From a virus, in the UHGV virus genome UHGV-0093623: DNA of 35,667 bases. One strand, given 5' to 3'. This document shows positions 7,818 through 15,703 of the stretch, one piece after another (position 1 is the stretch's first letter; the number at the start of each line of letters is the position of its first letter). The position numbers were made by a program, and so were the translations under genes. The notes beneath the pieces were generated by a model. The model saw only the letters and a program-made list of their open reading frames with translations. It did not search any database and had not been told where the DNA came from.

Positions 7818-8183
7818 ATGAAAAAGTTCGAAAACATAACTGTTCTCCATGTTGATGACTTTGATTATACAAACCCGGAACTTCTCCCGGAGGTTGTAAA
7901 GGCAATAGATGTTGCCGATATAGTGATTAGAGAAAAGAGAATTGTCAAAAACAGGCTCGCATGCACTTCAGGAGCAATGACAGAAACAACCTCACAGCAA
8001 GATAATTACGAAGGCATTTGTCTGGAGCCTGATTCATTTGCGGTAAATGTTTATCATTTATTGCATGCAACACAGGTATTACATATGTCCAGTAATCACG
8101 AAACGAAAACACTCGGCAGCGAAATTCTGAGTTTTGCATGTGAGTATACAAAAGCTGCTGCCGAAAAAGAATTAGCGCAATAA
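7818..8183 (+). CDS. hypothetical 121-aa protein
   Basis: GAGGA 4 nt upstream of ATG. Confidence 0.6.
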   Translation: MKKFENITVLHVDDFDYTNPELLPEVVKAIDVADIVIREKRIVKNRLACTSGAMTETTSQQDNYEGICLEPDSFAVNVYHLLHATQVLHMSSNHETKTLGSEILSFACEYTKAAAEKELAQ

Positions 8184-8377
8184 CAACAAATATGCCCTGA
8201 ACGTTTATTGCGGTTTTATCGCCGGGGATTGTTACAACCTTAATCCACAGGAGGCTTTATTGTGACTTTTATAAAGAATATGGCATCACACAAGACCGCC
8301 TGCCTTATTGCACAATACGGTGAAAATTACATGCATATTGCCTGCTTATTTCTGCGTAAAGCATACGGGAGATAATA

Positions 8378-8578
8378 ATGCATCAGAAAACAGCAGAACA
8401 CGAACAAACCAGAGTATTGCTGACCATCAAAAACGGGAAAGTAATATTCATTCGCCATGTTCATGACGATGAACTTGTAGGAACTCTTTCAACATTCCTG
8501 TTTATTGCAGAAAGGGCAGGATATGACGTTATTGCACCAGCAGATGAAGATGAAGATGAAGATGAAGATGAGGAATAA
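8378..8578 (+). CDS. hypothetical 66-aa protein with poly-acidic C-terminus (DEDEDEDEE)
   Basis: GGGAGA RBS; 5 nt before the next gene. Confidence 0.55.
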   Translation: MHQKTAEHEQTRVLLTIKNGKVIFIRHVHDDELVGTLSTFLFIAERAGYDVIAPADEDEDEDEDEE

Positions 8579-8583
8579 ATATC

Positions 8584-9165
8584 ATGCAATACGATGAATT
8601 CCAGGCTGAAGCAACAGCCAATGGTATACGAACTGGCAGTATGACGATTGATTATCACGACGCCATACGTCGTCTGGATGCCGGAGAATTCGATACTCCT
8701 AATGTGCGAGGTTTACGTATCCTTCAGTGTCTGGCGCAAGCCGACGAAGCAGGATTACTGGGTAAACTTCCGGTTGAGATGAAGGTTGCTCAGTGGCGAT
8801 GGTTGTATGTGACGACATTCATCAACGAAGAAGAAGACAAGAACGGCACAATTGATATCCTGAATGAACACGGAACAACTGAACACGCCGTGGTATATAA
8901 CGGGATGTATGGGTTTATGACGATATATCCCGGCCCCATTCGATTTGCCTTACAACAGTATATTGAATGGAATTTAATTCAAAAATACGGCGAAGCTGAA
9001 GGAATGGGAAGAGCGCTGTTTCTTTATCAGAAAATGCTCACTACTTCCCCTGATAAAGGTTTCATTCTTTCAGATATGGGTCGAGAAGGGCTTGAAATCC
9101 TTCTGGATGAAATTATTAACGAAATGAATACTCATGGCATGCAATCCGAAACAGATATTAAGTAA
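8584..9165 (+). CDS. hypothetical 193-aa protein
   Basis: GAGGA RBS inside the upstream gene tail. Confidence 0.6.
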   Translation: MQYDEFQAEATANGIRTGSMTIDYHDAIRRLDAGEFDTPNVRGLRILQCLAQADEAGLLGKLPVEMKVAQWRWLYVTTFINEEEDKNGTIDILNEHGTTEHAVVYNGMYGFMTIYPGPIRFALQQYIEWNLIQKYGEAEGMGRALFLYQKMLTTSPDKGFILSDMGREGLEILLDEIINEMNTHGMQSETDIK

Positions 9166-9175
9166 AAGGGACCAC

Positions 9176-9424
9176 ATGACCGTTATCGAGTATATCCAGG
9201 AAAATCCAGATTGCAGTAGAGAAGATATATCCCTCGCACTTGGAAGAAGCGCAACTTCTATCAGTAATGAATTATCACGGTTATTGTGGAATGGGTTAAT
9301 AGTACGAACTGGAGAAAAAAACAAAATGATTCTGTACTGCGTAAACAATCTGCCGTTTGGATACAGCAATCCCCTAAGTGTTATGTTCAACCAGTTACTT
9401 AAACAGGTAAGAAATGGCAACTGA
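9176..9424 (+). CDS. hypothetical 82-aa protein, possible winged-helix DNA binding
   Basis: AAGGGA RBS 5 nt upstream of ATG 9176. Confidence 0.5.
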   Translation: MTVIEYIQENPDCSREDISLALGRSATSISNELSRLLWNGLIVRTGEKNKMILYCVNNLPFGYSNPLSVMFNQLLKQVRNGN

Positions 9425-9731
9425 CTCACAACTAACCATAGAAACGGCCCTGAATGTCGGCCTGGCGCTCCTTGGTTATTTTTACATCGTGTTCTGCAGC
9501 GGACGGTGGCTGTCGCTGTTGTTCCTGAAAAAATGGAATAAACGCCGTAAGCAGGATGAACGCCAGAAGGCAATGAATGCGTTTTCCGAAGCCTTCGGAA
9601 TTGACGGCATGGAACCAGGGGATCCAGCTCGCGCAATCAGCAGAGGGGGTGTAGTAATCCTTGTATATCGGAGTGAAGAGAAAAATGACGATCACAAAAC
9701 AACGAGTAGAAAAAATCATATATCGCCATGA
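9414..9731 (+). CDS. hypothetical single-pass membrane protein (105 aa)
   Basis: hydrophobic segment ALNVGLALLGYFYIVFCSGRWLSLLF; overlaps neighbours on both sides. Confidence 0.4.
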   Translation: MATDSQLTIETALNVGLALLGYFYIVFCSGRWLSLLFLKKWNKRRKQDERQKAMNAFSEAFGIDGMEPGDPARAISRGGVVILVYRSEEKNDDHKTTSRKNHISP

Positions 9732-9999
9732 AATGGGACTGAACAGCGATGTCACTGCCGAAGAGGTTTATGACCTGGCTGTACTGGCGCTGAATTTATC
9801 AAATATCGCAAACCTGAAGCGATACGAGCTTGATATGGATGGTTGCGACTCGTGCGGTCAGGATTGTGGCGCAGATATGACTGAAGATCCTGATGGTGAT
9901 TATGTCCTGTTTGATGACGTGGTTAAGTTGTTTGAATTTGATACAACCACTCAAAAGTTAGAAATCCCGGCAAAGGAGGCTGCCAGTGAGCAAGATTGA
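9685..9999 (+). CDS. hypothetical 104-aa acidic protein
   Basis: ATG 9685 preferred over the TTG at 9661. Confidence 0.5.
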   Translation: MTITKQRVEKIIYRHEMGLNSDVTAEEVYDLAVLALNLSNIANLKRYELDMDGCDSCGQDCGADMTEDPDGDYVLFDDVVKLFEFDTTTQKLEIPAKEAASEQD

Positions 10000-10168
10000 C
10001 TATCAGGCACTGCGCGAGGCGGCGGAACAGGCAACGCAAGATGAATGGGTAGCATATATTTGCCGGGTCATAACGGCATTTATCCTGCGCGCACGTCTGA
10101 GGGTAGGCATTGCGGATACTTTATTGACTGGCCTGGCGTCTGTCAGGGGCGGGAGAGCATCAACATGA
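9986..10168 (+). CDS. Ea22-like N-terminal module, truncated (60 aa)
   Basis: GTG start preceded by AAAGGAGG; N-terminus MSKIDYQALREAAEQA parallels the gene at 10668; stop overlaps the next ATG. Confidence 0.45.
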   Translation: MSKIDYQALREAAEQATQDEWVAYICRVITAFILRARLRVGIADTLLTGLASVRGGRAST

Positions 10169-10671
10169 GCATCAGAACCTACGCAGTGAATTGCAATGAC
10201 GCATGGCTAAACACCGAAGGTGATGACATCTCCGGCTCATACGTTAAGTACAAAGACCATCAGGAAGTGGTTGCCGCTCTTGAGGCCAAGTGCGCGGCGC
10301 TGGCAGCGGAGAATGCGGGAATAAAGTCTGCAATTCCAGAATCACGGGATATTGAAGATGACAATGACAATATGGATGACGTATCTCTCGCGGAAGACTT
10401 CGGGTTCAATCATGCAATAGAACGGATGAGGAGACAGATACCTGAAACGCCAACCACTGATGCTTTCCTGGCTGAAGTCCGGGCGCAGGGGGTGGATGCT
10501 GCTATAGAAGCTGCAAAAAATCTGGTGGCCCAAGAATATGAGTATAAGGATTTCAAAGCGGCGCAGAGTGATTGCTGTATGTACCCTGGTTCAGACCTGG
10601 TAGGGAAGGTTGAAATGACTGAGTGGTTAGTTGACTTTGCTGCCCAGCTTCGCAAAGGAGGCAACCAGTGA
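10165..10671 (+). CDS. hypothetical 168-aa acidic protein
   Basis: ATG 10165 with GGGAGAG upstream; ATGA overlap with the preceding ORF. Confidence 0.5.
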   Translation: MSIRTYAVNCNDAWLNTEGDDISGSYVKYKDHQEVVAALEAKCAALAAENAGIKSAIPESRDIEDDNDNMDDVSLAEDFGFNHAIERMRRQIPETPTTDAFLAEVRAQGVDAAIEAAKNLVAQEYEYKDFKAAQSDCCMYPGSDLVGKVEMTEWLVDFAAQLRKGGNQ

Positions 10672-11333
10672 GCGAAATTAATTACCAGGCACTGCGTGAG
10701 GTGGCGGAACGTGCAATTCCAGCAATGGAACGCCTGTTAATGTTGCCAGCTGATGATGACTTGTTAAGTGAACAGGAACTTAAAGATTACGGTGTGGATA
10801 TTGATGCGCTCAACGCCTTCAAATTTCTGACCGGACCAGAAACCGTGCTGGCACTGCTGGATGAACGGGAAAGAAACCTGCAATACATCAAAAGCCGCGA
10901 TCAGGAGAACGAGGATATTGCGCTAACGGTAGGGAAGCTGCGTGTTGAGCTGGAAGCAGCAGAGAACAACCTTATTGATAGTGAATGCCATGTTGCTGAA
11001 CTGGAAGAAGCGCTACGCGATAAGCAGGCGTTACTTGAAGCCTCAGAAAAGCGCATAGCAGAACTGGAAGCACGGGAAATAAAACCAGCCAAAGGCGAAG
11101 TTCTTGTCGTTGTATCTGGTTTTACTGGTTGCGGAAAAAGCGCCATTGCCGGGGAAATAGAAATCGCGATGAAGGCTATTGGTGTACCGGTTAAGTGGAC
11201 TAATGGCGATGCAGAAAAGCGCATGACTGGCGCTGACTGGCTGACAGCGATTGAGATGTACAAACCAACTGTGCGCATCGTGGAAGTTAATGTGCCACGC
11301 GCCGCTGGCATTCGCATCAAAGGAGGTGAGTAA
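10668..11333 (+). CDS. Ead/Ea22-like protein
   Basis: GTG start with AAAGGAGG RBS; N-terminus MSEINYQALREVAERA; TVLALLDERE motif; coiled-coil centre. Confidence 0.65.
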   Translation: MSEINYQALREVAERAIPAMERLLMLPADDDLLSEQELKDYGVDIDALNAFKFLTGPETVLALLDERERNLQYIKSRDQENEDIALTVGKLRVELEAAENNLIDSECHVAELEEALRDKQALLEASEKRIAELEAREIKPAKGEVLVVVSGFTGCGKSAIAGEIEIAMKAIGVPVKWTNGDAEKRMTGADWLTAIEMYKPTVRIVEVNVPRAAGIRIKGGE

Positions 11334-11509
11334 TGCGTGTGGCATGTATCGGCTTGTTACCGTACCCGACTCGTTTTTGGGCTTCTGCGCTAATTGCAAA
11401 GCCACATGTCCTGATGGCTGACAACATCATCCCGGCACCAAAGCGCCGCCATACCGGTATTGCATCGGCACGACGAGCAGCAAAGAGACGCAGGAGAGCA
11501 AAACGATGA
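11333..11509 (+). CDS. hypothetical 58-aa basic protein
   Basis: not in ORF track (under 60 aa); AGGAGG RBS 6 nt upstream; TAATG and ATGA overlaps with flanking genes. Confidence 0.4.
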   Translation: MRVACIGLLPYPTRFWASALIAKPHVLMADNIIPAPKRRHTGIASARRAAKRRRRAKR

Positions 11510-11697
11510 AAAACCGTAAAGCAAAGATTCTGTTAGTTCGTAGAAACGCTCCTGGCGTCTGGCAGTGGGTGAGACTCAGCAACCGACGGATGGGGTTAAT
11601 GAAACATTACGGGATGATGGATTGTGGTTTTTGCAAAAAGCCCAGCGCGGCGCAAAACCGCTGGAAAAACCACTGTCGCATTAATAAGGAAAACTGA
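11506..11697 (+). CDS. hypothetical 63-aa Cys/His-containing protein
   Basis: AGGAGA RBS; ATGA overlap. Confidence 0.5.
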   Translation: MKNRKAKILLVRRNAPGVWQWVRLSNRRMGLMKHYGMMDCGFCKKPSAAQNRWKNHCRINKEN

Positions 11698-11698
11698 T

Positions 11699-11962
11699 AT
11701 GGCAACTTTGACAAAAAAAGAACAGGCATGGTTGAACGAATTACAGGACGTTCTTGATCGCTGCCCATCACCGAAAAAAATTGGTTTTTACACCATTGGC
11801 GATAAAAGCATTTACCTGTATGACCTGCGCCGCATGGATGAAATCATGGAGGCTCTTGATAATCGTTCGTCAATGGATTGGTGTGTTGCTGTCCATGATA
11901 TGAATGCAGGGTTTGATGAAAAGATTTTGTTCCCCTCATCAGTTGAAAGCACTGCGGGTTAA
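11699..11962 (+). CDS. hypothetical 87-aa protein
   Basis: ATG 11699 with AAGGA upstream. Confidence 0.55.
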   Translation: MATLTKKEQAWLNELQDVLDRCPSPKKIGFYTIGDKSIYLYDLRRMDEIMEALDNRSSMDWCVAVHDMNAGFDEKILFPSSVESTAG

Positions 11963-11972
11963 GGAGTAACAC

Positions 11973-12140
11973 ATGACCACTATTACCAAAGAACGTATTG
12001 AATTGTTCATTAAAAACCCGCTTGAAAACGGGCTTACCCGTGGTGAACAAATGGAACTGGCACGGATTGCGCTGGCATCGCTGGAAGCAGAGCCGGTTGT
12101 GTTCTGGTTTGAAAAATATCAAGAAGGGGCTACGGCATGA
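11973..12140 (+). CDS. hypothetical 55-aa protein, paralogous at its N-terminus to the next gene
   Basis: not in ORF track; AAGGAG RBS 6 nt upstream; MTTITKERI vs MTTFTREQL; ATGA overlap with 12137. Confidence 0.5.
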   Translation: MTTITKERIELFIKNPLENGLTRGEQMELARIALASLEAEPVVFWFEKYQEGATA

Positions 12141-12481
12141 CGACTTTTACCAGAGAGCAGTTAATAGCTCACGCAGAGGAGACTATTGAAGCACAGAGAC
12201 TGTGCATACCGGGCACAATCGACCATGACATCATCCGCACATATAAGATGGATATTGCTGTTCTGGAAATCGCACTGGTATCGCTGGCAGCAGAGCCAGC
12301 CGGTAAATTGCATGAATACAAACCAGTGGGATATCAGCGTCTGGTCGATGAGTTAACCATGCTGGTAAAGCAGTTAACCTGGCAACTGAGGAAAGCGAAG
12401 CCAGACTGCAAATTACCGGATAAGGCGATGAGTTATCTGGAGCGGAACGGACTGATAAGCGTGGAGGATATTTTACGATGA
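12137..12481 (+). CDS. hypothetical 114-aa protein
   Basis: ORF track; ATGA overlap. Confidence 0.6.
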   Translation: MTTFTREQLIAHAEETIEAQRLCIPGTIDHDIIRTYKMDIAVLEIALVSLAAEPAGKLHEYKPVGYQRLVDELTMLVKQLTWQLRKAKPDCKLPDKAMSYLERNGLISVEDILR

Positions 12482-12561
12482 CCTGGCCTGAAGCATTAAC
12501 AACGGTAGGAATTGCGATGGCGGTGGCGCTGGTGGTGTATTCGATTTGCCGCTGGGGATAA
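12478..12561 (+). CDS. candidate 27-aa hydrophobic peptide ([27 protein letters not shown])
   Basis: ATGA overlap with the upstream stop; GGAGGA 9 nt upstream; single predicted TM helix. Confidence 0.3.
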   Translation: MTWPEALTTVGIAMAVALVVYSICRWG

Positions 12562-12659
12562 AAACGGTTTGCGGGAAAAGGAGAGTTAAGTAGAATTGCA
12601 GCGGGTGCTTGAGGCTATCTGTCTCAGGCATGAACACCAAAAGGCAGATAGAGAAAAGC

Positions 12660-14510
12660 CCCAGTTAACATTACGCGTCCTGCAAGACGCTTAACATTAA
12701 TCTGAGGCCAATTTCATGCTAGACACATGTAGGTTAGCCTCTTACGTGCCGAAAGGCACGGAGAAGCAGGCTATTGTTAACACCAAGCTGTAATGTCCCC
12801 TTTGAACCATTCTAAAATGTCCCCAGACAATTCTCTGGGGGATTTTTCATGATCAAAGAGACTGTTACGATGAGTCATAAGGAACTCCACCGACTTCAGA
12901 TTATTCAGGAACAAGCTGCGGCACGCATTGGCATTTCTATTCGGCAGGTTAAACGTCTGGTGCAACGGTATAGAAATGAAGGGCCTTCTGCTCTGGTTTC
13001 CCACCGACGTGGAAAGCGTCCTAATAATTCCTTTTCTACTGAATTCAGAGCAACAGTAATTTCACTCCTCAAAGGCCGTTACGCTGATTTTGGACCTACG
13101 TTTGCGTGCGAAAAATTGCGCGAGATACACGGTTTATCTTTATCCGTTGAAACTCTCAGAAAGTGGATGATAGAAGAGGGGTTATGGCGTGAACGCCGTC
13201 GTAAAATTGCCCGTATATATCAACGCCGCATGCGACGACCATCTTACGGTGAACTGATCCAGATTGATGGCTCACCTCATGACTGGTTTGAAAATCGAGG
13301 CCCCAGATGTACACTGATCGTTTTCATTGATGATGCCACCAGTGCGTTGATGGCGTTGCGTTTTGTGCCTGCTGAAACAACCCGGGCTTACATGGAAACC
13401 CTCCGGGGTTACCTTAATGATCATGGCGTACCGCTCGCTCTCTACTCTGATAGACACAGTATATTCAGGGTAAATAACCCAGAGCGGGAAGGTGAGCTGA
13501 CCCAGTTCACTCGTGCGATAAAGACACTGGGCATCGAGCCAATCCATGCCAACAGCCCGCAGGCAAAAGGGCGGGTAGAGCGCGCCAATCAGACACTACA
13601 GGACAGGCTGGTCAAAGAAATGCGGCTTCAGAATATCAGTGATATTGAAACAGCAAATGCATGGTTGCCGACCTTTATTGAAGCCTATAACAACCGGTTC
13701 GCTACGTCGCCTCGTACTACTGATAATGCTCATCTTGATGTGCACCATTCTGAAGAGGAACTGGGTTATATCTTCAGCCTACAGGCGAAGCGCGTTCTGT
13801 CTAAAAATCTCACTTTCCAGTACAAAAGCAGTGCGTTTCAGGTACGCAGTGAGGGCCGGGGATATCGACTTAGGCATTCGGTTGTTACTGTATGCGAGAA
13901 CTTTGACGGTGAAATTAACGTTCTGTATGACGGGAAAGCGCTGGGCTGGGAAAAGTATGTTGATGGCCCGGAGCCTATACCACTGGATGATGAAAAGAGT
14001 GTCCATGAACGAGTGGATAATGCCCGTATTGATTTACGCTCAAAATACTATGTTAAACCTAAAGCTGACCATCCCTGGCTTACGCGCCGAACGCAAAGTC
14101 ATCAGCAAGTTAAGCCCCCGAAGTTACCTAAAAAGAAGCCTGATCCCGATAAAAAAGATTGAAACCAAGATCGATTCGGTTGAGTGCATATCCATTCATA
14201 GGGTAGATTCTTAAGTCGCGTTTCTGGTGTTCATTTTCGGGTGGTTTGTTACTTGTTTTACCGGGGATATGCCAGAAACGCGCTGAGTCAGTCTGGGCGG
14301 TGCGCGTAATGAGGCGTTATGGTAAATAGCCTATGCTAATGTCCGCTAAGAGCAAGAAGCGGAAGTTGGCAGTTTTGTGGACTGTCCCCACAAAAGTGAC
14401 TACAGAAATAGTTGCAATTCATAATTGATCATGGGTTGTCAGTTAAACTCGTGGCGATTTAAATAGACTAATTGGGAGTGCGTCCATTACTTATATCTTG
14501 TAATGTTAAC
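12660..14510. mobile_element. insertion sequence (approximate extent) carrying the DDE transposase
   Basis: candidate 12-bp terminal inverted repeat AGTTAACATTAC near 12663-12674 and its reverse complement near 14499-14510; boundaries not verified. Confidence 0.25.
12849..14162 (+). CDS. DDE-type transposase (N-terminal HTH + integrase-core fold), IS481/ISNCY-like
   Basis: 437 aa; N-terminal HTH region, central acidic residues in IQIDGSPHD and FIDDATS; family assignment tentative. Confidence 0.8.
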   Translation: MIKETVTMSHKELHRLQIIQEQAAARIGISIRQVKRLVQRYRNEGPSALVSHRRGKRPNNSFSTEFRATVISLLKGRYADFGPTFACEKLREIHGLSLSVETLRKWMIEEGLWRERRRKIARIYQRRMRRPSYGELIQIDGSPHDWFENRGPRCTLIVFIDDATSALMALRFVPAETTRAYMETLRGYLNDHGVPLALYSDRHSIFRVNNPEREGELTQFTRAIKTLGIEPIHANSPQAKGRVERANQTLQDRLVKEMRLQNISDIETANAWLPTFIEAYNNRFATSPRTTDNAHLDVHHSEEELGYIFSLQAKRVLSKNLTFQYKSSAFQVRSEGRGYRLRHSVVTVCENFDGEINVLYDGKALGWEKYVDGPEPIPLDDEKSVHERVDNARIDLRSKYYVKPKADHPWLTRRTQSHQQVKPPKLPKKKPDPDKKD

Positions 14511-14598
14511 TATCAGAAATGATACAAAGATAATATGTCTTTAAAGAAAAGGCTGATGGCGAAAAGTGGCCCGATGAGGGCCACAATACGGCTGTCAC

Positions 14599-14931
14599 TT
14601 AGACGTAAATATCAATGGTGCCAGCGGTATTTGTATCGTCTTTTTTCTCTTCTTTTTTATCAGGCTGAACTGTCGCGTCTTCATTCTTTTTCTCTGCCTG
14701 CTGCCTTAACAACTGCTCCAGTTGAGCCCAGAGGCTTTCAATTTGCTTCTGTACCAATGCAGCCATTTCTTTTTTCTGCTGTGTCGTCATCCCCTCTTCC
14801 GATGAGATTTTCCCAAGCTTTTCAGTCAGCACCTGAATTTGTCTTGTGATTTTGGCTATTTCTGATGTTCCTTCCGGGGCGGAGTTGTTTGAAATAACGG
14901 TTGAGGTATTTCCCTGAATTGTGACAGACAT
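14599..14931 (-). CDS. flxA: FlxA-like protein (110 aa)
   Basis: protein recognised as Qin-prophage FlxA-like; preceded by a consensus sigma-28 promoter. Confidence 0.8.
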   Translation of the reverse strand: MSVTIQGNTSTVISNNSAPEGTSEIAKITRQIQVLTEKLGKISSEEGMTTQQKKEMAALVQKQIESLWAQLEQLLRQQAEKKNEDATVQPDKKEEKKDDTNTAGTIDIYV

Positions 14932-14954
14932 AGATTTCTCCTTTTAAAAAAGCA

Positions 14955-14981
14955 CTATCGGCATGCACAAAAAAATCTTTA
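14955..14981 (-). promoter_or_regulatory. sigma-28 (FliA) class 3 promoter TAAAGATT-N11-GCCGATAG
   Basis: reverse complement of plus 14955-14981 matches the TAAAGTTT-N11-GCCGATAA consensus; sits about 25 nt upstream of the flxA ATG. Confidence 0.7.
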
Positions 14982-15133
14982 ATCGTATTTCTTGTGTCAT
15001 TAATTGTTTGATGTTCAGATTGTTTTCCTCGCGGGCTGGCGCGCCTCAGAAAGTAAAGCTTGTTGACAGGGGTAAACGTTCGGCAATAATTTTCTGCCGC
15101 ATGCGGGTGTTGCATAAAACGTGTTACGTTCCT

Positions 15134-15439
15134 TTATCGACAGGTCAGGTCACCGCTCACCCGCCGACGAGAAAGCAACACTGACATGCTAAAGCAAAAA
15201 ATAGATGAATAAGTTGAGTTGTGCATATGTAGCCTGACCGTCACAAAGTATATGGTGTCTGTACCAGTAAGATGATGGCCGGACTCTTTAAAAACGAGCT
15301 GACCTGCACAATACAGGATGGACTTAGCAATGGCTGCTCCTGGCACAAAGCGGACAGTGATCACCGTTCTTACGACTACTTTCTGACTTCCTTCGTGACT
15401 TGCCCTAAGCATGTTGTAGTGCGATACTTGTAATGACAT
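15134..15439 (-). CDS. hypothetical 101-aa protein (YdfV-like position)
   Basis: ORF track; position between flxA and relB as in Qin; no motif. Confidence 0.35.
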   Translation of the reverse strand: MSLQVSHYNMLRASHEGSQKVVVRTVITVRFVPGAAIAKSILYCAGQLVFKESGHHLTGTDTIYFVTVRLHMHNSTYSSIFCFSMSVLLSRRRVSGDLTCR

Positions 15440-15452
15440 TTGTAATTACAAG
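15427..15452 (+). promoter_or_regulatory. relBE operator/promoter inverted repeats
   Basis: cttgtaatgacatttgtaattacaag directly upstream of the relB ATG. Confidence 0.7.
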
Positions 15453-15463
15453 AGGTGTAAGAC

Positions 15464-15703
15464 ATGGGTAGCATTAACCTGCGTATTGACGATGAACTTA
15501 AAGCGCGTTCTTACGCCGCGCTTGAAAAAATGGGTGTAACTCCTTCTGAAGCGCTTCGTCTCATGCTCGAGTATATCGCTGACAATGAACGCTTGCCGTT
15601 CAAACAGACACTCCTGAGTGATGAAGATGCTGAACTTGTGGAGATAGTGAAAGAACGGCTTCGTAATCCTAAGCCAGTACGTGTGACGCTGGATGAACTC
15701 TGA
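15464..15703 (+). CDS. relB: RelB antitoxin
   Basis: 79 aa, MGSINLRIDDELKARSYA... recognised as E. coli RelB. Confidence 0.95.
   Translation: MGSINLRIDDELKARSYAALEKMGVTPSEALRLMLEYIADNERLPFKQTLLSDEDAELVEIVKERLRNPKPVRVTLDEL

Noticed and set aside
7577-7837. 86-aa minus-strand ORF
   Set aside because: Overlaps the 3' end of the HTH gene and the start of the 7818 gene on the other strand, with no room for its own promoter or RBS; kept only as a note in findings.
8461-8658. 65-aa minus-strand ORF with a poly-serine run
   Set aside because: The Ser run is the reverse complement of the gat/gaa repeat encoding the acidic tail of the plus-strand gene.
9070-9636. 188-aa minus-strand ORF
   Set aside because: Runs antisense across three plus-strand genes that have RBS and overlap signatures.
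11998-12189. 63-aa plus-strand ORF
   Set aside because: Alternative frame across two genes (11973-12140 and 12137-12481) that are supported by RBS, ATGA coupling and N-terminal paralogy.
14535-14849. 104-aa plus-strand ORF
   Set aside because: Antisense to flxA, which is supported by protein recognition and a sigma-28 promoter.
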